NCBI GenBank assembly: GCA_003164895.1
Contig: PLUL01000051.1
Coordinates: 691 to 64,690 of the forward strand
Length of the DNA: 64,000 nt
Direction: 5' to 3'
DNA from: Bacteroidota bacterium
GTDB taxonomy: Bacteria > Bacteroidota > Bacteroidia > Palsa-948
Of the stretch, positions 48,384 to 58,664 are shown in pieces (position 1 is the stretch's first letter; every line of letters starts with the position of its first letter). The notes under the pieces were generated by a model, which was given only the letters and a program-made list of their open reading frames with translations, was not told the origin of the DNA and ran no database searches. The position numbers and the translations under genes are program-made.

Positions 48384-49835
48384 ATGAGCGTCATACAAAA
48401 AAAATTCGTTTACAACCTTGCATTTCTTCTTTTGTTGAATCTACTTATCAAGCCATTTCATGTACTTTTTATTGATGTGCATTGGCAGAAAGAAGTGCAG
48501 GCAGAAAATTTCGGACTTTATTTTGCGCTTCTTAATTTTTCTTTCGTGTTGAATACCATTCTCGATTTCGGCATCACTAATTTTAATAATATAAACATCG
48601 CGCAGAATAATCATCTGCTCACAAAACATTTTTCTTCTCTCGTTGTTCTGAAATTACTCCTCGCGATAGTTTACATCGTCCTTGCATTTATCATAGGGCT
48701 AATAATCAAGTATGATTACCGCTTGATGAAACTGATGCTTCTGCTCGGCTTCAATCAGTTTTTGATTTCGTTTATCGCTTACCTGCGTTCAAACATTGCG
48801 GGGCTGCTTCTTTTTTGGGTGGATAGTATTGTGTCAGTATTAGACCGCGTCATCCTGATTACCATCAGTTGTTTTTTACTTTTCGGAAGCGTGCTTGGAA
48901 GAAAACCTGATATTATGGATTATGTGTATGCTCAAACAATTGCATACGGTTCCACAGCCATCATCGCATTTTTTATTGTGTTTAGTAAAACTACGTTTGC
49001 AAAATTCAAACTATCCCGGGCATTTGCCATGATGATTTTCAAAAAAAGTTTTCCATTTGCTATTCTCGGAATGTTAATGGCATGTTATAATCGTTTAGAC
49101 ACAGTAATGGTAGAGCGAATGCTTCCCAATGGAGCGGAACAAGCTGGAATTTATGCCCAAGGATTCCGTCTTCTTGATGCGACTAATATGCTTTCGGTTC
49201 TTTTTGCCGGACTGCTTCTTCCTATTTTTGCACGAATGCTTAAGCTTAAAGAATCTATTGAACCACTACTAAAAACAGCATTCATACTTCTTATAACTCC
49301 AGGTATTGTTGTTGCGGTGGGATGCTGGTTTTATTCCACAGAACTAATGCAGTTGTTGTACGGTAAGGAACACCTCGAGCAGGCATCTGCCATTTTTCCA
49401 ATATTGATGTCCTGTTTTGTTGCAACTTCCACTACCTATATTTTTGGAACATTACTAACAGCAAATGGAAATCTAAGAGAACTTAATTTGATGGCTGTAA
49501 GTGGCATTCTGATAAATGTTACCATGAATTTATTTTTGATTCCCAGATACCAAGCAGTCGGCTCTGCTGTTTCGAGTTTAACAACACAATTTTTTACTGC
49601 CCTCATACAAGTTCTTATAGCGCAAAGTGTTTTCAAATTCAAAATTAATTACAGATTGCTTTTGATTTTAATTATTTTCATAGCTGGTATCGTTTTAATA
49701 AATTATTTCTCGAAAAATATTTTTCATAATTGGCAGATGAATTTTGTAATCATGGTTATAGCATCCGGCATTTGGGCTTTTGCGAGCCGAATGCTTAACA
49801 TTAAATCCATGTTGAGGATTGTAAAATATAAGTAA
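48384..49835 (+). CDS. Wzx-like polysaccharide flippase
   Basis: NLLIKPF, FGLYF, LDFGI, RLDTVM and AGIYAQ..RL motifs, about 14 TM segments. Confidence 0.85.
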   Translation: MSVIQKKFVYNLAFLLLLNLLIKPFHVLFIDVHWQKEVQAENFGLYFALLNFSFVLNTILDFGITNFNNINIAQNNHLLTKHFSSLVVLKLLLAIVYIVLAFIIGLIIKYDYRLMKLMLLLGFNQFLISFIAYLRSNIAGLLLFWVDSIVSVLDRVILITISCFLLFGSVLGRKPDIMDYVYAQTIAYGSTAIIAFFIVFSKTTFAKFKLSRAFAMMIFKKSFPFAILGMLMACYNRLDTVMVERMLPNGAEQAGIYAQGFRLLDATNMLSVLFAGLLLPIFARMLKLKESIEPLLKTAFILLITPGIVVAVGCWFYSTELMQLLYGKEHLEQASAIFPILMSCFVATSTTYIFGTLLTANGNLRELNLMAVSGILINVTMNLFLIPRYQAVGSAVSSLTTQFFTALIQVLIAQSVFKFKINYRLLLILIIFIAGIVLINYFSKNIFHNWQMNFVIMVIASGIWAFASRMLNIKSMLRIVKYK

Positions 49836-49853
49836 CTAACTCACTTTTGTTTT

Positions 49854-50615
49854 CTACAGAAGCAAGTGTAACCCATCAAATGCCAGCTTAATATTTTCCA
49901 GTAAGTCCTCTTGCACTTCTTCGTGCAAACCAATTTGATGACTCATGTGAATGAGGTAAGCCGTTTTGGGTTTCAATTCGTTGATAAGGGCAACGGCTTC
50001 GTCAAGCGTGAAATGTGATAGATGCGTTTCTTTTCTTAGAGCATTTAGTACAAGAATTTCAGAGCCATAAATTTTTTTCTTCTCTTCTTCGGAAATAAAA
50101 TTTGCATCGGTGATGTAAGTAAAATTACCGACACGAAACCCAAATACAGAAAGATGCATATGTTTTACAAGAATTGGAATAAATTCCACTCCTTCAATTA
50201 TGAACGGTTTATTTTCAATCGTATGAAGAGTGATTTCAGGAATGCCAGGATATTTTTTTTCTTTAAAGATATAATTGAATTGATCGTGAATTCCTTTCTG
50301 CACTTGTTCGCTGGCATACAAATCCATACTTTTTTTCATGATAAAATTAAAAGCACGAATATCATCTAATCCGGCAACATGGTCGCGGTGATCATGTGTG
50401 TAAATCACAGCGTCAATGCGATCAACTCTTTCCCGCAGCATTTGTTGGCGAAAATCAGGACTGGTATCTATCACAAATCTTTTTCCATCAGTTTCAATCA
50501 TTACCGATGAACGCAAACGTTTATCTTTTGGATTTAACGAATTACAAACTCTGCACATACATCCTATTACCGGAACGCCTTGTGAAGTGCCTGTGCCAAG
50601 AAAAGTAATTTTCAT
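49854..50615 (-). CDS. MBL-fold metallo-hydrolase (PhnP-like)
   Basis: FLGTGTSQGVP, DTSPDFRQQ, THDHRDHVAGLDD, AFDG. Confidence 0.9.
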   Translation of the reverse strand: MKITFLGTGTSQGVPVIGCMCRVCNSLNPKDKRLRSSVMIETDGKRFVIDTSPDFRQQMLRERVDRIDAVIYTHDHRDHVAGLDDIRAFNFIMKKSMDLYASEQVQKGIHDQFNYIFKEKKYPGIPEITLHTIENKPFIIEGVEFIPILVKHMHLSVFGFRVGNFTYITDANFISEEEKKKIYGSEILVLNALRKETHLSHFTLDEAVALINELKPKTAYLIHMSHQIGLHEEVQEDLLENIKLAFDGLHLLL

Positions 50616-50640
50616 TAATGAAATAATTTTATCGGAAAAT

Positions 50641-50671
50641 AAAAAAGCCCCTGAATTTCTCCAGAGGCTTT
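50641..50671 (-). terminator. Intrinsic terminator of the gldKLMN operon
   Basis: Minus strand AAAGCCTCTGG-AGAAATT-CAGGGGCTTTTTT, just after the gldN stop. Confidence 0.75.
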
Positions 50672-50687
50672 AATTAAATTTTCTCCA

Positions 50688-51593
50688 TTAGTAATTCCAC
50701 ATATCGTGTTCGAATTTAAATATATTATCCTTAATCTCCTCGGATTTCAGAAGAGCATCTACACCTTGCGCTTCAGTAACAATTGGACGATTATATACAT
50801 TTGATTCTTCTTTTATGTAACTGCTGAACTGGCGTTTGTGAAATACTTCATCATAGGTTCTCCATTCCGCATCATTGTATGGATTATAACATTGATATCT
50901 TGAAAACAAATTTCTACATCCAGGATAATAAAGCCAGAAAAGAACTTTATAACTTTTAAATTGACCTTTGTCATCCGTGGCTTCAATTACAGGAGCAATG
51001 CCAAGAATTCTAACATCCATAATGGAACGTTGCTTATCAAAAAACCAATCTTCTTTTACCCAATATTGCTTGATGTCAGAAGGTTTTATTGTATCAGGAG
51101 CAGTTACAGAAGTCATTTCTCCAGTAACAGTATCTTGTTTCATAAAAGTTACTTCACGAGAAAATGCTTTTTGAGCTTCACTATATGGTTCTTCAATTTT
51201 AAATTCTTCATCCGGGTCGTAAACAGAAGGATTGGGATCGTAAACTGATAATTCATGACTAATGATTCCTTGTTTAATAACAGAAAACAACGATGGCCTT
51301 TTAGCAGATACCTCATCTGTAGGATAATAAAGTGGATGATTAATCTTTTCACGAAGATCAATAACTCTCCAAATTCTGTGCTGCCATATTACATCTGCTT
51401 CCCTAAGTGGAACATAAGGAATTGGTTTACGATTTGGCAAATGCTCGGGGATATAAACTCCATTATTCACCGATGGACCAAGTGTTGTAGAAGATTGTTG
51501 ATGTGGAGGCGGATTGTTAGGAGTAATAGTTTGTGCAAATCCACAAATAGAAGATGCTGCAACAAACACGCCCAATAATTTTAGGTTTTTCAT
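50688..51593 (-). CDS. gldN: Gliding motility/T9SS protein GldN (PorN)
   Basis: PIPYVPLREADVIW..RIWRVIDLREKINHPLYYP, KEDWFFDKQRS..DVRILGIAP, FEHDMWNY. Confidence 0.95.
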   Translation of the reverse strand: MKNLKLLGVFVAASSICGFAQTITPNNPPPHQQSSTTLGPSVNNGVYIPEHLPNRKPIPYVPLREADVIWQHRIWRVIDLREKINHPLYYPTDEVSAKRPSLFSVIKQGIISHELSVYDPNPSVYDPDEEFKIEEPYSEAQKAFSREVTFMKQDTVTGEMTSVTAPDTIKPSDIKQYWVKEDWFFDKQRSIMDVRILGIAPVIEATDDKGQFKSYKVLFWLYYPGCRNLFSRYQCYNPYNDAEWRTYDEVFHKRQFSSYIKEESNVYNRPIVTEAQGVDALLKSEEIKDNIFKFEHDMWNY

Positions 51594-51603
51594 AGTGTTT
51601 TTT

Positions 51604-53259
51604 TTAGATAACTTTCAAGTTAACACTTCCAACCGTTTTAACTGTTCCGTCCGGTTTTCTAACTTTAACATTTTCTATATATACTTTATTTCCTTTTTTG
51701 GCTTTCGAAAGCATCGCACTTTGTTTAGCCGTCAAAACAGAACTAGTAGATACCTCTTCAACTTCCTGACCATTTACGTTCATGGATACAGAAAATGAAA
51801 CAACAGGAAACTTAAGGTCAAATTCAAAATTATCCAACTTTGCAATTACTGCACCGGCTCCTTTCAAAGCAACTTGTTGAATTACATCTGTACCACGTTT
51901 TCCCGCAAATTCTGCCACAGGATCGGGAACAGATTTAACACGAAATTTCACTCCTTGCCCCATTGACTTAACCCCGCTTTTCGTTTTTGCAGAAACATTT
52001 ACAGCAACCTCTTTCCCAGCACTCGCAGCAGTTACCTTTACAACATACTTTCCTCTTGCACCTGAAATGCTACCTCCTCCAGACATGGAAGGTTGAATAT
52101 CTTCTGTCGCAATTCCAGGAACAGAAATAGAAACTGGATTATCAACTCCAATATAAAACACATTCATCTTATCCGGTGATACAACAATTGCAGGACGTGC
52201 AGCTTTAAACTCCGAATGAAAAGGATAATAAAGCATATGCTTTGGATCCTGAGGATCTTTCATACCTATTAATCCTCCATATTTAACTGTTCCTTCCGCT
52301 GTAGGGGAAATCGAATAATAGCCCACACCTTTTGATACTTTTACGGATGAAGTGTCTTTAGGTCCTTTAATCGTGTTGGTAACAGTATCCACTTCGCCCA
52401 AAGCAACAGAAGGATTAGAAGTTGAACTGAATGCCGCTAAAAATATTTCTGCACGATACTCTTCGCCTAAAAGAACATAATTTGAATTTGCAATTACACG
52501 TGAAGAAAGTGTGTCAAATTTAAATGAAGATACGTCAATTCTCCTGTAAAGCGCATTGATAATATCCGACTCGCTGTTTTTTACATCGTTTTGTAGCTTT
52601 GTAAGAATTGCAATATCTGCCACGGCAGGAACATGATAAAAATTGCTAAACTCCCATGGTACTTCCTTTTCTTCGTGGGCATCGTAAACAGACCTTGTGT
52701 CCATTCCCAAATGGATATTAGGTCTGTCTTTTTCAGGAACCTGTGCTATTAAATCATCTTTAAATTTTTTAATTTTATCCTTTAAATCGAACGATTTGTT
52801 TCCCGGCTCAGCTTTTTCTGCCGTTCCAAAAAAATAATTAGTAGGAGTGGAATAATCATCTTTATTTTCGAGGTGCATAATATCCGATATGGTTTTAACA
52901 ACACTATCCTTGCCATTTGCCCCCTTAACTTCTGCTTCATCCTTTTTGTCCACTGCAAGAATCACCTCTTTTTTAATGCTTTCGATATACTCAAACATTT
53001 CCTGCGAGCGTTTTTTTACAGCCTGTGCACGATCCCAGTATTGACGTACCTTGTTAGGGTCGCCAGACAATGCTTTATCAAACTGGTCATAAGTAACCTG
53101 ATTTTTGATCGCAAAGTTTATGTTTGTTTTTACCAAACCATTATTCATAATCGCAAAAGCATTAAGAACTTCTTTTGATACGTTCATTGCAAGCAGAGCC
53201 AACAAGACGAGATACATCAAGTTAATCATCTTTTGCCTGGGTGATCCACCTCCTGCCAT
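51604..53259 (-). CDS. gldM: Gliding motility/T9SS motor protein GldM (PorM)
   Basis: SPRQKMINLMYLVLLALLAMNVSKEVL, DKMNVFYIGVDNPVSISVPG, FRVK.VPDP. Confidence 0.96.
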   Translation of the reverse strand: MAGGGSPRQKMINLMYLVLLALLAMNVSKEVLNAFAIMNNGLVKTNINFAIKNQVTYDQFDKALSGDPNKVRQYWDRAQAVKKRSQEMFEYIESIKKEVILAVDKKDEAEVKGANGKDSVVKTISDIMHLENKDDYSTPTNYFFGTAEKAEPGNKSFDLKDKIKKFKDDLIAQVPEKDRPNIHLGMDTRSVYDAHEEKEVPWEFSNFYHVPAVADIAILTKLQNDVKNSESDIINALYRRIDVSSFKFDTLSSRVIANSNYVLLGEEYRAEIFLAAFSSTSNPSVALGEVDTVTNTIKGPKDTSSVKVSKGVGYYSISPTAEGTVKYGGLIGMKDPQDPKHMLYYPFHSEFKAARPAIVVSPDKMNVFYIGVDNPVSISVPGIATEDIQPSMSGGGSISGARGKYVVKVTAASAGKEVAVNVSAKTKSGVKSMGQGVKFRVKSVPDPVAEFAGKRGTDVIQQVALKGAGAVIAKLDNFEFDLKFPVVSFSVSMNVNGQEVEEVSTSSVLTAKQSAMLSKAKKGNKVYIENVKVRKPDGTVKTVGSVNLKVI

Positions 53260-53310
53260 ATATTAATTTGTTTTAAAAATTATTATTTACTTTTTTCTTC
53301 TAATCAGAAT

Positions 53311-54339
53311 TTATTTTCTGCCAATGCTCATTGCTGTCAGCATATTTCCATATACTGTATTCAATGCACCAAGATTTTCTGACATCGCCGCTAATTGCAC
53401 TTTAAATTTCTTAGCATCCTCTGTTGTGTCACCTAAACTTGACATCGATTTTTCAAAATTAGCATACGCTTGATTTGCCTTGCCTAAAGTTTGCAATTGC
53501 AATTCATAAGCAGCATTAAGTGATTCAACATTGCCGGATGATTTTTTCAAATGCTCTCCGTAAGAAACTGCATCGCGCTGAGATGCCTGCATAGAAGCCT
53601 CAAGAACAGAAAGAAGTTTTTGAATTCCTGCATTGGCTTGTGTTGCGGCTTTAATATTTTCGTTTGAATTTTGCAATTGAAGTTCATAAGCGCTATTTAA
53701 GGAACCTAAATTTTTAGAAACTTTTTGCAGTTGTTCGCTGTAAGTACCCGCTTGCTGCTCTGTTGAATTTGTAATCAGATCAAGTGCCTGAGAAGTTTTG
53801 CTTGAAGCTTTTTCCAAATCACTGATTGATCCGCTGATTGAACTGGAAGCTTTATCATAGGTTTCTGACAGCGTACCAATTTTTTTAGAAGCTGATTTCA
53901 TATTATCTGTAAAATCATTCGCTGCAACACTTGCATCTGACAAGTTTGTAAGTTTTGCTGTATTGTCGCTAAGACTTTTCAATCCTGAACCTAAACTTTC
54001 AATAAGATCAGGACCTATCTTTGCTTCTTCAAGCATATTATCCAATTGTTCTGTGATAGATTTTTTGTCCTCACTTGCTCCTGCTTCGTCATGCATTCCA
54101 GCTAATTCAGGATATACAAGCGACCAATCCAAATCCATGTGTACCTGTGTAGGGTCAATGGCAAAAATACAGAACACAAACACTTCTGTACCCATACCTA
54201 AGTTAAGCATAAAATTAGCCCCAGGCCAGTGTTGAATTTTGAAAAGTGCACCCGCAATAACTACTGCGGCACCTAAACTATAAATATAGTTCATGATGGT
54301 TTTGAATTTTTTGGTTTCGGCAAATTCTGCAAATGTCAT
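53311..54339 (-). CDS. gldL: Gliding motility/T9SS motor protein GldL (PorL)
   Basis: YSLGAAVVIAGALFKIQHWPGA, GMGTEV, DWSLVYPEL, C-terminal LNTVYGNMLTAM. Confidence 0.95.
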   Translation of the reverse strand: MTFAEFAETKKFKTIMNYIYSLGAAVVIAGALFKIQHWPGANFMLNLGMGTEVFVFCIFAIDPTQVHMDLDWSLVYPELAGMHDEAGASEDKKSITEQLDNMLEEAKIGPDLIESLGSGLKSLSDNTAKLTNLSDASVAANDFTDNMKSASKKIGTLSETYDKASSSISGSISDLEKASSKTSQALDLITNSTEQQAGTYSEQLQKVSKNLGSLNSAYELQLQNSNENIKAATQANAGIQKLLSVLEASMQASQRDAVSYGEHLKKSSGNVESLNAAYELQLQTLGKANQAYANFEKSMSSLGDTTEDAKKFKVQLAAMSENLGALNTVYGNMLTAMSIGRK

Positions 54340-54357
54340 AAAATTGGGTTTTTTAGA

Positions 54358-54376
54358 TTGTTTGTTTGTTTGTTTG
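54358..54376. repeat. TTG(TTTG)4 simple repeat between gldK and gldL
   Basis: TTGTTTGTTTGTTTGTTTG, read as CAAA repeats in the gldL leader. Confidence 0.6.
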
Positions 54377-54397
54377 CTTATTTAAATTCTATTCATT

Positions 54398-55852
54398 TTA
54401 TTTTACTCCAAGTTTTGAACCCTCCTGTGCATTTAGGTCATCTCCTTTAGCGCGACCCAAATAAGTCATTGCACAACGGAAACCAATGTAACATTTTGCG
54501 GTATCCTGATATTCGTATGTTCTGCTGCTCGTTTGCAAATAGAATCCTACATCTTTCCAAGATCCTCCGCGAATAACTTTTCGTTGGCGAACGGATTGAT
54601 ATTTTTCATCTTCTCCCGGCTCAGTTGTATAATCCGGATTCAAGTCGTGCGCGAAATCGTAAGCTCCTTCTTCAAATGTGTTGCTTGTCCATTCAGCAGC
54701 ATTACCAGCCATGTTATAAAATCCCCATTCATTTGGTGAATATGAGAAGATATGTACAGTATGAAATCCTCCGTCATCAATATAACTTCCTCGCATCGGT
54801 TTAAAGTTTCCAAGAAAACAACCGCGTGAATTACGAATATAAGGACCACCCCATGGATATGGACTCATTGCTAATCCACCGCGAGCTCCATATTCCCATT
54901 CTGCTTCTGTAGGCAACCGAAAATCATTTACGCTCGCATGTCCTATTTCGGCAAGATAACTATTTAAATATTGGGTTCTCCATACGCAAAAAGCACGGCA
55001 CTGTTTCCAATTCACTCCAACCACTGGATAATCATCGTAAGCTGGATGCCAGAAATAATTATTTGTCATCGGTTCATTAAATGAATATGTAAAATCATGA
55101 ACCCATGCAAGAGTGTCAGGGTATACATTAATAATGTCTTTTATAATAAAAACGCTTCGGTCTTTTTTAGGCGCTTTGTTGTCTATCATATAATAACCCA
55201 ATCCGTCTTTTGTGCTATCAGCTGCCGGATGACCGGTTCCGTTAGGAAACAATCTGCCTTGTTCATCGGCAGTCATATTCTGTTTGAAACGATTGGTTTT
55301 TCTTGCCGCTTTGTGCAAATCAATACGATAATAAGTGAAATTAAATTTCCGTGTATCAAATTGTTTTTGATTATAAAATCTTTCCTGCTGAGGAAGATAC
55401 AAATCGCTTAGTGTAGCTCTTACTGCTTCGTCCTTATCATCGTAGTCAAGTTTTGACTGCCAGATCAAATTATGTCCGCCATCTTCTCGCTCAACACCAT
55501 ATTGATCCATTTTATTCCACCACTTTTCCTCATCCTGTGCTCCAAGCAATTCACGGGCAATGGAATCGCGAACCCAGTAAACAAACTGACGGTATTCATT
55601 GTTTGAAATTTCTGTCTGATCCATGTAAAATGCCTGAACAGAAACCATTCTTGCTTTTTGTGTAAAAGCATAAGGAATGTCCTGATCACTTTGTCCCATG
55701 TGATAACTTCCCATAGGGCAATAAAGCATTCCAAAGGGATCCGCATAGAACCAAGGCTCTCTACCTTGTACACCAACAAGTTCTCCGTGATCACCTTGGC
55801 TACATGCACTTAACATGCTTGCCAACAATCCAAAGAAAAGGAACTTTTTCAT
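54398..55852 (-). CDS. gldK: Gliding motility/T9SS lipoprotein GldK (PorK)
   Basis: Probable start ATG 55852. Lipobox LSA-C, GELVGV, TEISNNEYRQFV, YPDT..W, YPVVGVNW, FRLPTEAEWEY, RGGSWKD. Confidence 0.95.
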   Translation of the reverse strand: MKKFLFFGLLASMLSACSQGDHGELVGVQGREPWFYADPFGMLYCPMGSYHMGQSDQDIPYAFTQKARMVSVQAFYMDQTEISNNEYRQFVYWVRDSIARELLGAQDEEKWWNKMDQYGVEREDGGHNLIWQSKLDYDDKDEAVRATLSDLYLPQQERFYNQKQFDTRKFNFTYYRIDLHKAARKTNRFKQNMTADEQGRLFPNGTGHPAADSTKDGLGYYMIDNKAPKKDRSVFIIKDIINVYPDTLAWVHDFTYSFNEPMTNNYFWHPAYDDYPVVGVNWKQCRAFCVWRTQYLNSYLAEIGHASVNDFRLPTEAEWEYGARGGLAMSPYPWGGPYIRNSRGCFLGNFKPMRGSYIDDGGFHTVHIFSYSPNEWGFYNMAGNAAEWTSNTFEEGAYDFAHDLNPDYTTEPGEDEKYQSVRQRKVIRGGSWKDVGFYLQTSSRTYEYQDTAKCYIGFRCAMTYLGRAKGDDLNAQEGSKLGVK

Positions 55853-55994
55853 AGTTTTTATTTTATGTTTCAATTTCCGATTTAATATTAACGAAAGATT
55901 CTAAACTTTATTTTATTTAACAACTACTCTTTAAAAAATACGATACAAAAGACGACCTGATTTACAAGTCTATTAATTTTAAATAAACATTATC

Positions 55995-56960
55995 TTACCC
56001 CTTCAAAAACCTAGGATTAATATGACTTTGAGTCTTTGACTTCGGAGTTATTTTAATACAATAGTTCAGCAAAATTTCATGCGTATTACTATGATATGAT
56101 TTTAAATCGGATGTTCCAAGGTCATATGCATAACCAATTTTTAAAGTTGATTTTGCATTCGGACTCCACGCAAATCCCAGCATAGGAACAATAGCATCCT
56201 GTAATCGGTAAGAAACTCCCACCCATAGCATATTGTTCCAAAGTATATTTACATTTGCATCAAATGTTGTAACCGATGCATCACTTTTAACGAGGACTGA
56301 AGGTCTTAGCGTAAGAGCACTCGAAAGAAAAAAATCATATCCCGCCATTATATAATAATGCCTCGCAGCTGTGTAATCCAAATCCTGTGCTTTCAATTGT
56401 TGTTGTGGAAGATGTGAAGCAGAAATTCCAACATATAATTGATTTGTTCTATAGTATAATCCTAATCCAACATCATAAGTCATTTTTGTTATTCCAGCGG
56501 CAGGAATTGCATTGTCTTGCGCACTCCCATTGTGTCCGTTTGTTCCATCGGGAGCAAGCCAATTATCGGCAAAATGTGTTTGATAAATTCCAGCATCAAT
56601 TCCAATACCAAGTTTTCCTTCTGGTCCAACAGAAAGATGATACGAATAAGCACCACGTACCCAAGTGTTATACAAATTACCCAACTGATCATTCATTACC
56701 GTAAGACCAACTCCTCCGTGCAATGCTTGTATAGGAGCATCTGCACTGAAAAAAATAGTTTTGGGAGCACCCGGAAATCCAACCCATTGTGTTCTATATA
56801 CAGCGGTTGCGCAAATCGCACCATTAATTCCAGCGTAACCTGGATTTATTGGTAATTTAATAAACATATTTTGACTGAACTGCGGGTCTTGTTGTGCAAT
56901 ACCATTTATTAAAAAGCAGAAATTAAAAACTAAAAATAGGGGGATGAACGTTTTTCTCAT
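55995..56960 (-). CDS. porP: PorP/SprF family T9SS outer-membrane protein (canonical porP position)
   Basis: QQDPQFSQNMF...INPGYAG, YRTQWVGFPGAPKT, GYAYD...THE. Immediately upstream of gldK. Confidence 0.88.
   Translation of the reverse strand: MRKTFIPLFLVFNFCFLINGIAQQDPQFSQNMFIKLPINPGYAGINGAICATAVYRTQWVGFPGAPKTIFFSADAPIQALHGGVGLTVMNDQLGNLYNTWVRGAYSYHLSVGPEGKLGIGIDAGIYQTHFADNWLAPDGTNGHNGSAQDNAIPAAGITKMTYDVGLGLYYRTNQLYVGISASHLPQQQLKAQDLDYTAARHYYIMAGYDFFLSSALTLRPSVLVKSDASVTTFDANVNILWNNMLWVGVSYRLQDAIVPMLGFAWSPNAKSTLKIGYAYDLGTSDLKSYHSNTHEILLNYCIKITPKSKTQSHINPRFLKG
56909..56936 (-). repeat. Degenerate heptamer array (TTTTTAA-like x4) in the porP signal peptide
   Basis: Coding strand TTTTTAG TTTTTAA TTTCTGC TTTTTAA, encoding FLVFNFCFL. 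Low complexity makes chance harder to exclude. Confidence 0.45.
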
Positions 56961-57161
56961 AGTAACTCTTTAGTTTGTAACGAATAATTATATTGTTAAT
57001 TACGACTAATTTTGTTAACAACTTTTTTTACAACCTCATGCAACCAATTGAATCAGGGCACTAAGGTAGGACTTTAATAAATTCTGTGCAAATATTTATT
57101 TATATAATTTTTTTGTGCCTTTTTTTGCGAAATTTTAAGCGTTTCATAATAAATGTTAATA

Positions 57162-57207
57162 AAATTCCCCTGAAGTTACACGTAATATTTACACTTCAGG
57201 GGAATTT
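57162..57207. terminator. Long inverted repeat / terminator
   Basis: 15-bp perfect stem AAATTCCCCTGAAGT / ACTTCAGGGGAATTT, 16 nt after the stop of the 57224 gene. Confidence 0.75.
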
Positions 57208-57223
57208 CTAATAAAATAAATAT

Positions 57224-58219
57224 TTACTTAGTTACAATAAACTTACTGGTTAGTTGAGATTTATCAGTTTTAATTGTATAATAATAATTTCCTGAAGAAA
57301 GATTTTTAGCAGAAACTTTAATGTCATGATTTCCTGAAGAAAGATTTTCAGATGACTTTTCAATTACGCGACCTGTTAAATCAAATACTTCAATAGAAAC
57401 TGTAGAAGGTTCTTCCAAGCGGTAGCGAAGAGTTGTAAAATCATTTGCAGGATTTGGATAAGCACCCAACAAACTTAGTCCGTTTGAAGAATATTCGTTT
57501 ACTCCAACGTTAACATCTCCAACTGCCAAAATACTAATGTCTGTATTACTGCCAAAGACAGTGGGAACATTCATCCACCCTCCAAAACTTGGCACATTTA
57601 ACCATGAAAGAGAATCGGTTGTAGAGCAACCCATTTTATTAGAAACAATACCAATAGTATCGCCAGCTGTAGTGGGCAACACAACTGCTGCAAAAAATCC
57701 ATTTGTTACAGTTATAGAAGTGGTAAATGTATATGCGGTGAATCCTGTCGTGGTGATGCTGCCAGTAGTTACTGCTGAAGTTGTACCCGATAATGCTTGT
57801 GGTTTTCTAGTGGCAGGATTAATAGAATAAATTTCTCCATAGGTATTTCCGGTTGTACCCGCTTTATGACCAACTCTAACTAATAATTGGCTGATACTGC
57901 CGGTGTAGTTTAAATATTTTTGGGCACATCCGGTTTCTCCATACACGTTATTACCAAAAACATATCCTGAATCAACAACAATAGGTCTTACTATATTAAA
58001 TGAATATAACGCTTGAGTTGAAGCACAAGTGTAGCTGTAAGAAGTAGGTACCAGAGTGGTGGTGGTTAATGGTTGAGGAATATTGCCTGAAAGCGGAAAT
58101 AGTTGAACGGTAGAATAAGAAAGCGAACCTAATTCAGTTTTTGATTGAGTTAATTGCGCATTTGCTGTCATAAACAGACAAGAGACAAACAATGCAATGG
58201 CAGTGTAAATTTTTTTCAT
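57224..58219 (-). CDS. T9SS cargo with type A C-terminal sorting domain
   Basis: Signal ending ANA-Q. C-terminal AYPNPA...VFDLTGR...LSSGNYY...SKFIVTK. Confidence 0.88.
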   Translation of the reverse strand: MKKIYTAIALFVSCLFMTANAQLTQSKTELGSLSYSTVQLFPLSGNIPQPLTTTTLVPTSYSYTCASTQALYSFNIVRPIVVDSGYVFGNNVYGETGCAQKYLNYTGSISQLLVRVGHKAGTTGNTYGEIYSINPATRKPQALSGTTSAVTTGSITTTGFTAYTFTTSITVTNGFFAAVVLPTTAGDTIGIVSNKMGCSTTDSLSWLNVPSFGGWMNVPTVFGSNTDISILAVGDVNVGVNEYSSNGLSLLGAYPNPANDFTTLRYRLEEPSTVSIEVFDLTGRVIEKSSENLSSGNHDIKVSAKNLSSGNYYYTIKTDKSQLTSKFIVTK

Positions 58220-58254
58220 AATGATTTTGTTTTTGTGGTTATTGTAGTTAATTT

Positions 58255-58518
58255 TTATTTACCAGATAATTTCATATTTGCTTTTGGAGGAGGTAACTTT
58301 TTTTTCTTGCCCTTTGTTGCTGTTTTAGTTGAACCATTATTAGCTGCGGCAGGAGCAGCAGTTCGTTTGCTTGGAGCACCCGGATCACTCACCGCAATCT
58401 GGCTGGGTGTTGCTGTACTTGCTTTGCTTTGTTTCTCCTGTTGTGCTGGAACGTTGGTTTGCGCAAACAATACTGCTGAAATCAGGAGCAGAAATACCGA
58501 CGAAACAACTTTTTTCAC
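58255..58518 (-). CDS. Small exported Ala/Lys/Thr-rich protein
   Basis: Probable GTG start 58518 (MKKVVSSVFLLLISAVLFA-Q), low-complexity mature part, fills the gap between two T9SS cargos. Confidence 0.6.
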   Translation of the reverse strand: MKKVVSSVFLLLISAVLFAQTNVPAQQEKQSKASTATPSQIAVSDPGAPSKRTAAPAAANNGSTKTATKGKKKKLPPPKANMKLSGK

Positions 58519-58611
58519 TATGTCTTTTTTATTAACTATTGCTTGGTAGAGAGCAAATGTAAAATAAAATATCGAAAGGCAAATTTTTTCAGTATAATAT
58601 TTCGTCATAAA

Positions 58612-58645
58612 AAAAGCCCTTCCGAAATATTCCGAAAGGGCTTTT
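58612..58645 (-). terminator. Intrinsic terminator
   Basis: AAAAGCCCTT / AAGGGCTTTT stem with a T-run on the minus strand, after the 58665 stop. Confidence 0.8.
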
Positions 58646-58664
58646 ATGAAAGAAAAAGATTTTA

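Noticed and set aside
54358-54376. (TTTG)n tract as a phase-variation switch for gldL
   Set aside because: It is short and intergenic, and fits the A-rich leaders typical of Bacteroidota translation initiation.
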